Shown here: positions 30,508 through 38,940 of the stretch, piece after piece
Layout of the letters: each line of letters opens with the position of its first letter
How positions within the stretch are numbered: position 1 is the stretch's first letter
NCBI GenBank assembly: GCA_902776285.1
Contig: CACYPK010000005.1
Span: 15,405-79,404 of the forward strand
Reading direction: 5' to 3'
DNA: 64,000 bases
Origin: an uncultured Eubacteriales bacterium
GTDB lineage: Bacteria; Bacillota; Clostridia; Peptostreptococcales; Anaerovoracaceae
Made by a program: the position numbers and the translations under genes
The notes under the pieces: model-generated
Databases searched by the model: none
What the model was told of the DNA's origin: nothing
Seen by the model: only the letters and a program-made list of their open reading frames with translations

Positions 30508-31797
30508 CTAATTATTCTTCTCTTGCTTTCTCTGTCTGATCGCGTCAGCAAGGTCCTTCGCTGCTCCGTAGCCTGAGGCAGCAAGTTCTGCAGAAGCGGC
30601 CGAAAGAGCGTCTTCGAAGTTTGCTTCGATGTCATCGAATCTCTTCATGAACAGTTTCCTGTTCAGTCTCACTTCTTCCGTCGCCTTCTCAAAGTCGGAC
30701 CTGCCCAGCTTGTGCCAGTCCGATTCCCCGCCTATGGCAAACGCCATCTGATGAGAGTGCGTTTCATACACGACCGTGCTGATGATGTCATATGCCGGCG
30801 CAAGTCTGACCGACTTCAGGTTCCTATCATACAGCAGCGAAAAATTCTTGATATGTCCGTCCGTGTTTCCAATAAGATAATGGAACACTATCACGTCCCA
30901 CAGTTTCATCTGGTCTTCGATCGGCGCGGCAGAATACATAGCCAGAAGATCGAACATCCTTTTCATATGAAGGTCCCCCGGCTTCTCGTATTTCTGTGCA
31001 GCCGGAATGCCCAGCGCCTGGCCGAAATCCTCCTGATGGAGTCTCAGAGGACACTCAAGGCCTGATATCAGGTCGGGGCTTCCTTCCATGGTGCGGTCGT
31101 AACGCTCAGTCGCAAAAAGAACCTCTTCCTTTTCGCCTTCACCGATGGTGCTCACTATGCTGCTCTTTGGCGTGTCTAAGCCGAGTTTTGCAGCGGTCAG
31201 CATCGACAGCTGCTCGTTGAGAACTATCTCGTCAAACCTTATGTGGCTCTGCTTCAGTATGTGAGTGCTCGGAGCGCTTCCCACAGGAAGATACCATTCC
31301 CCGTCACGGCTCAGGTACGCGCCTATCTTGCCTGACGCGCCGGTAAGCGACAGATGCGCCTCGACTACAAGGTCTGCCGACCTGGTCGCCCCCTCCGCCG
31401 CAAGAGCAAACATCATCTCGGGTTCCAGCTTGCGATAGCACGGCTCCACTCTTTTATATTCCGGTCCTTTTATCTGTATCGCTCCGAGACATTCCGAGCC
31501 GAGCATTTCAAGGAGCGACAGGTAATCGCCCGCGTCGGTCCGGTTGTTCTCGGCCACGGTCCTTCTCAGGAAGCCTTCCGGCAGTAGTCCTTCAAAGAAG
31601 TTCCTCGTATTGGCAGTATCATAGGCTTCGCTCCTCAGCGGCATGCTGAGGGATATAGGCATCGCGTCCGGGGCGTTCAGATAATCTTCGGAATAGCGGA
31701 ACTCCGCATTGAATTCAGTGTCTCCCGTAATGCTGCCCACTTCCCTTTGTCTTCCGTTTATTTCTATCGAGACAAAAAGCTCACGCATGCTATTCAC
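30508..31797 (-). CDS. hipA: HipA-family type II toxin (Ser/Thr kinase)
   Basis: 429 aa. The N-terminal HipA coupling region (FFEGLLPEG) and the C-terminal kinase core (GNTDGHIKNFSL, LAPAYD) are both present. The start is either the GTG at 31797, which overlaps the hipB stop, or the ATG at 31788. Confidence 0.85.
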   Translation of the reverse strand: MNSMRELFVSIEINGRQREVGSITGDTEFNAEFRYSEDYLNAPDAMPISLSMPLRSEAYDTANTRNFFEGLLPEGFLRRTVAENNRTDAGDYLSLLEMLGSECLGAIQIKGPEYKRVEPCYRKLEPEMMFALAAEGATRSADLVVEAHLSLTGASGKIGAYLSRDGEWYLPVGSAPSTHILKQSHIRFDEIVLNEQLSMLTAAKLGLDTPKSSIVSTIGEGEKEEVLFATERYDRTMEGSPDLISGLECPLRLHQEDFGQALGIPAAQKYEKPGDLHMKRMFDLLAMYSAAPIEDQMKLWDVIVFHYLIGNTDGHIKNFSLLYDRNLKSVRLAPAYDIISTVVYETHSHQMAFAIGGESDWHKLGRSDFEKATEEVRLNRKLFMKRFDDIEANFEDALSAASAELAASGYGAAKDLADAIRQRKQEKNN

Positions 31798-32008
31798 CCC
31801 TCTTCATTACTGCCATGTTCATGCCCAGCAGGCTCATGATCGTCATTGCCTTACCTAGCTGTATGGTCTCCTTGCCGTTCTCGAGCTCGGAAAGGAAGCT
31901 GGCGCTCACACCTGCGTAATCAGCAAGGAAAGCCTGTGTATAACCGAGTTCTTTCCTTCTTGCCCTTATCGCCCTGCCGAATTCCTCTGTTGTTCTGACC
32001 TGATCCAC
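31790..32008 (-). CDS. hipB: XRE-family HTH antitoxin (HipB-like)
   Basis: 72 aa. IRARRKELGYTQAFLADYAGVSASFLSELENGK is a Cro/C1 HTH. The start is GTG with AGGAGG 6 nt upstream, and the gene sits immediately upstream of hipA. Confidence 0.8.
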   Translation of the reverse strand: MDQVRTTEEFGRAIRARRKELGYTQAFLADYAGVSASFLSELENGKETIQLGKAMTIMSLLGMNMAVMKRGE

Positions 32009-32045
32009 TGTGTCCTCCTAAGAATGCTGAAATAGGCCGTAAATA

Positions 32046-32137
32046 TAGCCATTCGGCTAAATTTATAATCTTATTACAGAAAAATAGCCGATTGGCTATA
32101 TTCTTTTCATCAATATGATAATATAGCCGTTCGGCTA
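32046..32137. promoter_or_regulatory. Three palindromic operators (TAGCC-N4-GGCTA) upstream of hipB
   Basis: TAGCCATTCGGCTA at 32046-32059, TAGCCGATTGGCTA at 32085-32098 and TAGCCGTTCGGCTA at 32124-32137. The centre-to-centre spacing is exactly 39 bp twice. Confidence 0.7.
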
Positions 32138-32239
32138 TGTCAACAGATCCGGCCGATATACCCGTGATCCGGTTTCATAGGGTGATTGTTATGCGCCGTC
32201 CGCTGTTATACAATATGCGTTGGCTGAAAAGAGGTTTGA

Positions 32240-33592
32240 ATGGAAGAGATCAGGGCTGACAAGAGAATAGACCTGCTGAACGGAAACATCGCCAAGGCGC
32301 TGTTCCGGCTGTCGCTCCCTATCATGGGAACGCAGTTCATAGAGATGGCGTACAATCTGTTCGACACCGTGTGGGTGGGCCGGATAGGCAATCAGGCAGT
32401 GACCGCGGTCGGCGCCGCGGGTATTTTCATGTGGATCTGTTCGGGCATCGCCATGATACCTCAGATAGGCGGTCAGGTGATGACCGGACAATCCATAGGT
32501 GAAGGCGACATCAAAAAAGCCCGCCGCTACGCGAGAGAATCGATCCAGCTGATGTTAGCTGTCATGTTCATATACGGAGCCCTGTGCATCGTTTTCAGGC
32601 ACCCTTTCATCTCGTTCTACCGCCTGCACGACGCGGATACCGCCGCGGCATCGGCTGCTTATCTGGCGATAGTCTCCGCCGGCGACATATTCATGGGGCT
32701 GAACATAGTGATGACAGGCCTGCTCACTGCCGCGGGAGACAGCAAGACTCCTTTCAAGTACAACGCAGCCGGAGCGGTCCTTAACATAATACTTGACCCG
32801 CTGCTGATCTTCGGCATCGGCCCCTTCCCTGAGCTGGGAGTCAACGGCGCGGCCATCGCGACTGTCCTCTCCGAGTGCGTGTCAGCATTCCTGTTTGCGC
32901 GATTCATCTATAAGGACAGTTATCTCTTTGAGGGCTTCGATCTGCTTGCGGGATTTGAGGCCGGAGAAATGGCGACTGTCATAAAGCTGGGAGCGCCTCC
33001 TGCCGTTTTCAATATAGGCTACGCGTTCATCTCCATGCTGATCTCAAGGATAATCGTCACATTCGGCGATGCAGCGATAGCCGTCCAGAAGATAGGAGCT
33101 CAGATCGAGTCGGTTTCCTGGATGACAGCCGACGGCTTCGCGTATTCGATGACCGCGTTCACATCCCAGAACTATGGCGCGAAAGATTGCGAGAGGGTCA
33201 GAAAGGGTTTCAGGACGGGCACTGCCATGATAAGCGTATACGGCGTCGCTGTTACCGCCCTTATGGTGCTCTGCGCCGCTCCGATATTCAGCATCTTCAT
33301 CCACGAACCCGGCATAATCGCCGGCGGAGCGGATTATCTGAGGATAGTCGGACTGTCACAGCTCTTCATGTGCTATGAACTTTCGACGACAGGCGCGTTC
33401 AGCGGCATCGGCCAGACAAAGCTGCCTGCCGCAATTGGACTTGCGCTTACGATAGCAAGGATCCCTGCCTGCTATCTGCTGATGCCATGGCTCGGCATCA
33501 ACGGAGTCTGGTGGGCCATCTCAATTTCAAGCATTTTAAAAGGCGTCATCCTCAATATCCTCTTCATACACAGGCTCAAGAAACTAAACTAA
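32240..33592 (+). CDS. MATE-family efflux transporter
   Basis: 450 aa and about 12 TM segments. The N-terminal LLNGNIAKALFRLSLPIMGTQFIEMAYNLFDTVWVGRIG is typical of MATE/NorM-like proteins. Confidence 0.9.
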   Translation: MEEIRADKRIDLLNGNIAKALFRLSLPIMGTQFIEMAYNLFDTVWVGRIGNQAVTAVGAAGIFMWICSGIAMIPQIGGQVMTGQSIGEGDIKKARRYARESIQLMLAVMFIYGALCIVFRHPFISFYRLHDADTAAASAAYLAIVSAGDIFMGLNIVMTGLLTAAGDSKTPFKYNAAGAVLNIILDPLLIFGIGPFPELGVNGAAIATVLSECVSAFLFARFIYKDSYLFEGFDLLAGFEAGEMATVIKLGAPPAVFNIGYAFISMLISRIIVTFGDAAIAVQKIGAQIESVSWMTADGFAYSMTAFTSQNYGAKDCERVRKGFRTGTAMISVYGVAVTALMVLCAAPIFSIFIHEPGIIAGGADYLRIVGLSQLFMCYELSTTGAFSGIGQTKLPAAIGLALTIARIPACYLLMPWLGINGVWWAISISSILKGVILNILFIHRLKKLN

Positions 33593-33623
33593 AAGGCGCT
33601 CGCCGGGAGCGCCTTTCTTTTTA
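33592..33623. terminator. Intrinsic terminator after the MATE gene, probably also serving the convergent groEL
   Basis: AAAGGCGCTC-GCCGG-GAGCGCCTTT followed by CTTTTT. On the opposite strand it is followed by TAGTTT. Confidence 0.85.
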
Positions 33624-33673
33624 TCCGTGAAGTATTTTTCGTCACAGCTCGAAAGCGAGTGGACTTTATCGGA

Positions 33674-33739
33674 GGGGCCTGGCCCCCGGAGATCAAGGTT
33701 CTCGACCTTACGGCAACGCCGTATGATCCGGAGAGAACC

Positions 33740-33742
<3 letters not shown>
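33674..33742 (-). repeat. Two-hairpin repeat element, copy A (in the groEL 3' UTR, starting on the groEL TAA stop)
   Basis: On the minus strand: TAAGGTTCTC...GAGAACCTT (outer stem 33695-33703 with 33733-33741), inner hairpin ACGGC-AAC-GCCGT (33710-22), an 8-nt linker, then GGGGCC-N-GGCCCC (33674-33686). About 86% identity over 49 nt to 42391-42439. Confidence 0.75.
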
Positions 33743-35389
<1,647 letters not shown>

Positions 35390-35671
35390 CTATTTCTCAA
35401 TAGTAGCGAGGATGTCTTTCTGATTGATTATAGTGTACTCGGTGCCTTTGTACTTGAGGTCGCTTCCGCCGTATCTGCTGAAGATGACGATGTCGCCCAC
35501 CTTGAGTTCCATTGGCTCGTCCTCTGTGCCCGGGCCGACAGCCAGGACTTCAGCCTGCTGAGGCTTTTCCTTTGCGCTTCCGCTGAGAAGCAGACCCGCC
35601 TCTGTCTTTTCTTCGGCTTCCATTTTCTTGATCACTACTCTTGCTCCGAGTGGCTTGATTCCGATGCTCAT
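35390..35671 (-). CDS. groS: Co-chaperonin GroES
   Basis: 93 aa, MSIGIKPLGARVVIKKMEAEEKTEAGLLLSGSAKEKPQQAEVLAVGPG. Confidence 0.97.
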   Translation of the reverse strand: MSIGIKPLGARVVIKKMEAEEKTEAGLLLSGSAKEKPQQAEVLAVGPGTEDEPMELKVGDIVIFSRYGGSDLKYKGTEYTIINQKDILATIEK

Positions 35672-35698
35672 TTTATGCCTCCTGATTTATCCGATTTG

Positions 35699-35725
35699 TT
35701 AGCACTCTTATCGTTAGAGTGCCAA
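35699..35725 (-). promoter_or_regulatory. CIRCE operator (HrcA binding site)
   Basis: TTAGCACTC-N9-GAGTGCCAA, which differs by one base from the consensus TTAGCACTC-N9-GAGTGCTAA. It lies between the promoter and groES. Confidence 0.9.
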
Positions 35726-35737
35726 TTTCCAAAACAT

Positions 35738-35766
35738 ATTGTACTCACGCGGAACGTGACTGTCAA
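35738..35766 (-). promoter_or_regulatory. groESL sigma-70-type promoter
   Basis: On the minus strand: TTGACA (35761-35766), 17 nt, then TACAAT (35738-35743), immediately upstream of CIRCE. Confidence 0.75.
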
Positions 35767-35827
35767 CACCTGAATGTGAAGAATTCAACAAGTTCTGCGC
35801 CTTCCGCGCGAACCGTGGGGCCGCGCG

Positions 35828-36637
35828 CTATTTTTGCTTTCTGTCCCTGTAATAATAGAACAGATACTGCTGGGCATAGCCGGCCAGATCGCCGAACTTT
35901 TCCTTCGCGAAAGTCTGCATGCCCTTGGCATCATTCATTTCAAATCCGTACATGTCGTTCATTATCTGCTTTACCCATGTGTCGACCGGGAACGCCGCGG
36001 TATCCCTCAGTCCAAAGAGCATTATGCAGTTGGCGACTTTAGGGCCGATACCGTAGTAGCTCAGCAGTTCTTCGCGGCATTCAGGACATCCGCACTCCAT
36101 GTACTTTTTCGCGGCCGCGATTATGTAAGGGCCTCTGTAGCCCAGTTTCATGGCAGCCAGATCTTTTTCGTCCGCGGCCGCCAGAGCCTCCGGTGACGGA
36201 AATGCGCGCTTCTCGCTCCCATCTATGGGATCTCCGTATTTTCCGCACAGCGACTCTATGTTTTTCCGTATCCGCGGTATGTTGTTGTTCTGAGATATTA
36301 TGAATGAGACGATCATCTCAAAAGGATCCTGATTGAGGATGCGTATGCCCTGCCCGTATTCGGTCGCCGGTTTTATGAGGGGCTCCGATCCGGCCAGTTT
36401 CTCCTTGATGGCTCCGTAGTCGGTGTCCAGGTCAAAGTAATGTCTCCAGAAAGCTTCATCGCCGCCTGTCGCGTCCACCACAAGATCACTGCCTGTCAGG
36501 CTGACCCGCGCCGCAAAAGAGCCCGCGGCTCCCGCGTACGCGCCGTCGCCGTCAGGCACCCATCTGAAGCACTGTCCGCACTCGAAGGTATGAGTGAGAT
36601 CCAGATCCTTTACATTTTTGAAAACCATCCGCGTCAA
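35828..36637 (-). CDS. ogg: 8-oxoguanine DNA glycosylase / DNA-(AP site) lyase (OGG1-type HhH-GPD)
   Basis: An N-terminal OGG_N-like FECGQCFRW is followed by the HhH-GPD region SYYGIGPKVANCIMLFGL...FPVDTWV. Confidence 0.8.
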   Translation of the reverse strand: MTRMVFKNVKDLDLTHTFECGQCFRWVPDGDGAYAGAAGSFAARVSLTGSDLVVDATGGDEAFWRHYFDLDTDYGAIKEKLAGSEPLIKPATEYGQGIRILNQDPFEMIVSFIISQNNNIPRIRKNIESLCGKYGDPIDGSEKRAFPSPEALAAADEKDLAAMKLGYRGPYIIAAAKKYMECGCPECREELLSYYGIGPKVANCIMLFGLRDTAAFPVDTWVKQIMNDMYGFEMNDAKGMQTFAKEKFGDLAGYAQQYLFYYYRDRKQK

Positions 36638-36657
36638 TTTCCTGTTGCTGCTGCCCC

Positions 36658-37530
36658 TCAGTGGAGTTTCCTGGAGAGCATCTCCTCTCTGTCCTTGACC
36701 ATATCCCTTATTCTCACGTTCACGCTCTCTATTGTGAACGCCGTCATATTCGCGAGCGCATCGAATACGTCACGCTGAAGTCCTATGCACATGTCTATGG
36801 ATGCCGGGTCTCTTATGGCCATCACATCGATGGTGACGGACATATTGGTCTGCTTGCCGTTGTTCATCCTGTCGACCACTGCCAGGTGCGTATCGTATTT
36901 CTCTGCCGCTATCCTGATTATGTCCCTTATGACCTGCTCGCTTATTGAGAAACTGCCAAAGTAACTGAATGTAGGCCTCACGACAGTACGGTCGTCATTG
37001 CTTTCTTCTTCGGTGTCCGCGGACCCCTCTACCGCGTTGCCGCGGGCTTTGTCGATGAACTTCTTCAGAGGGTTCATGAAATAGCCGGCGAAGTCGCGCC
37101 TCAGCTGTCCCATAGGAGCGGGGATGACGTGCTCGCCTTCATCATTCCTGTAATGATACGCGATCTGCCTCTCCTCTTCGGTAGTGACATCTTCGATGTA
37201 TATGCGTTCCTCAGGCGCCTGAAGGCCCAGCTGACCGGCCACGATATCCGTCATCCTGTCGGAGGTGCCGATTATGAGGAGTGCCTCCGGGGCATATCTC
37301 TCGATAGCGGCCTTTACCTCTTCGCGGTGATCTTCGTAGTTGAATAGCGCGGTCCTCATGGCGGCAGCCTTTGAAGCGCACTTCTTGGCCGACCTGCCGG
37401 CGACGATCTGGCCCTTATATATGAGCAACCCGTCGTCGATTATGGCATCAAAACCGCGCCTCTGCGCCAGCGCAGTTGCCTGAAAACTCTTGCCGGTCCC
37501 ACTTTTTCCGGTAAATGATGCGACCTTCAT
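36658..37530 (-). CDS. Hypothetical fusion protein: N-terminal P-loop NTPase and C-terminal Asp23/Gls24-like domain
   Basis: Walker A FTGKSGTGKS is at the N-terminus. The C-terminal ~100 aa (ISEQVIRDIIRIAAEKY...VTIDVMAIRDPASIDMCIGLQRDVFDALANMTAFTIESVNVRIRDM) follow the Asp23 alternating pattern. The start is at ATG 37530 with AAAGGAG upstream. Confidence 0.55.
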   Translation of the reverse strand: MKVASFTGKSGTGKSFQATALAQRRGFDAIIDDGLLIYKGQIVAGRSAKKCASKAAAMRTALFNYEDHREEVKAAIERYAPEALLIIGTSDRMTDIVAGQLGLQAPEERIYIEDVTTEEERQIAYHYRNDEGEHVIPAPMGQLRRDFAGYFMNPLKKFIDKARGNAVEGSADTEEESNDDRTVVRPTFSYFGSFSISEQVIRDIIRIAAEKYDTHLAVVDRMNNGKQTNMSVTIDVMAIRDPASIDMCIGLQRDVFDALANMTAFTIESVNVRIRDMVKDREEMLSRKLH

Positions 37531-37694
37531 CCGGTCTTCTCCTTTGACGTCTGATTCCTTGTAACCCTTGTATTCACTAATTCCCACCGCTTTGGTAGGA
37601 TTGTATTGTTTTGTTTTTTTGATATTTACAAGCCGCCGACCTCGTGTTATACTCAAGCCGTAGATATTATTTCTTGCAAGAAGGAGGAAACACT

Positions 37695-37862
37695 ATGGCT
37701 TTTAAGATCACTGACGAGTGCATCGCTTGCGGACTGTGTGCATCCAATTGCCCTGTAGAAGCTATTACAGAGGGAACACCTTTCGTCATCGACGAAAGCG
37801 CTTGCATCGACTGCGGTGCTTGTGCTGCTAACTGCCCTGTAGGAGCTCCTGTAGAGGCATAG
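37695..37862 (+). CDS. 2x[4Fe-4S] ferredoxin
   Basis: 55 aa with two CxxCxxCxxxCP motifs (CIACGLCASNCP and CIDCGACAANCP). AGGAGG lies 7 nt upstream of ATG 37695. Confidence 0.9.
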   Translation: MAFKITDECIACGLCASNCPVEAITEGTPFVIDESACIDCGACAANCPVGAPVEA

Positions 37863-37885
37863 TAGTCACAACAGAAAAAGCATCA

Positions 37886-37920
37886 AAATCCCGTAGCTGA
37901 GGCTACGGGATTTTATTTTG
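37886..37920. terminator. Bidirectional intrinsic terminator between ferredoxin and rex
   Basis: AATCCCGTAGC-TGAG-GCTACGGGATT flanked by AAAA and TTTTATTTT. Confidence 0.9.
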
Positions 37921-37938
37921 TTCCGGATGCTTATGCCG

Positions 37939-38583
37939 TCAATCCCTGCCCTCTTCACTCATGCTCTTTATCATGAATGAAAGCGCGTGCAGGCTGTCCG
38001 AGAGATGCACCGACTCAAGCGCGACGCCCTCCGGAATGTTCAGATCGATAGGCGCGAAGTTCCATATGCCCTTGACGCCGCCCGAAACCAGCGTGTCGGC
38101 AACCTTCTGCGCGTTCTCTCTGTTGACGCAAATAATTCCGATATCGATCTTTTCCCTTCTGACGTAATCCTCAAGATCCGCGCTGTCCATGACTTCTACG
38201 TCATTGATGACATTGCCCACGATCTTAGGGTTCGCGTCGAAGAGCCCGATGATGTTGAATCCGATCTTGTAGTAGTAAGTGTAGTTCGTAATGGCCTGGC
38301 CCAGATTGCCGCAGCCCACCACTACCGTCTTGTACTCTCTGTCGAGTCCGAGGATCTTGTTGATCTCCTTGTAAAGCCTGTCGACCTCATAGCCATATCC
38401 CTGCTGACCGAACTCACCGAATGTGTTAAGGTCCTGCCTGATCTGAGAGGCGGTATAACCTATCATCTCGCTGAGTTCATTCGAGGATATCTTTTTGATT
38501 CCTTTCGACTGAAGGTAACCGAGGTATCTTCTGTAGCGGGGGAGACGGCGTATGATCGCGTTCGAAACCTTCGTCTTGCCCAT
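37939..38583 (-). CDS. rex: Redox-sensing transcriptional repressor Rex
   Basis: RRLPRYRRYL...ISSNELSEMIGYTASQIRQDLNTFGEFGQQGYGY plus the Rossmann motif VVGCGNLG. Confidence 0.92.
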   Translation of the reverse strand: MGKTKVSNAIIRRLPRYRRYLGYLQSKGIKKISSNELSEMIGYTASQIRQDLNTFGEFGQQGYGYEVDRLYKEINKILGLDREYKTVVVGCGNLGQAITNYTYYYKIGFNIIGLFDANPKIVGNVINDVEVMDSADLEDYVRREKIDIGIICVNRENAQKVADTLVSGGVKGIWNFAPIDLNIPEGVALESVHLSDSLHALSFMIKSMSEEGRD

Positions 38584-38598
38584 GACCCACCTCCGGGA

Positions 38599-38826
38599 TT
38601 ACTTGTTGGCTTCGACGTATTTTACGATATCTCCGACCTTAGTGAAGTTCTCTGCTACATCATCAGGAATCTCGATCCCGTATTCTTCCTCGACTCCAAG
38701 TATGATCTCAACTGCGTCGAGCGAATCCGCTTCAAGGTCTTTCATGAAATCTGTGTCCATCGTAACGAGCGACGCGTCTACATCGAGCTGCTCCATGATG
38801 AGTTTCTGTATAGTTTCAAATACCAT
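38599..38826 (-). CDS. acpP: Acyl carrier protein
   Basis: 75 aa with the phosphopantetheine attachment motif LEADSLDAVE. Confidence 0.85.
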   Translation of the reverse strand: MVFETIQKLIMEQLDVDASLVTMDTDFMKDLEADSLDAVEIILGVEEEYGIEIPDDVAENFTKVGDIVKYVEANK

Positions 38827-38918
38827 GTCTTTTCTCCTTTTTTATCAATACATTCCTAAATGATTATAGAATAGTTTTATAAACCTTTTCAATGATTTTC
38901 GTAGAATTTTTAACGATA

Positions 38919-38937
38919 TTGTAAGAGTTTTTCACAA
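38919..38937. promoter_or_regulatory. Weak candidate Rex operator upstream of acpP-rex
   Basis: TTGTAAG-N5-TTCACAA. The right half-site matches the Rex consensus TTGTGAA-N4-TTCACAA perfectly. The left half matches 5 of 7 positions, and the spacer is 1 nt longer. Confidence 0.25.
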
Positions 38938-38940
38938 TCT

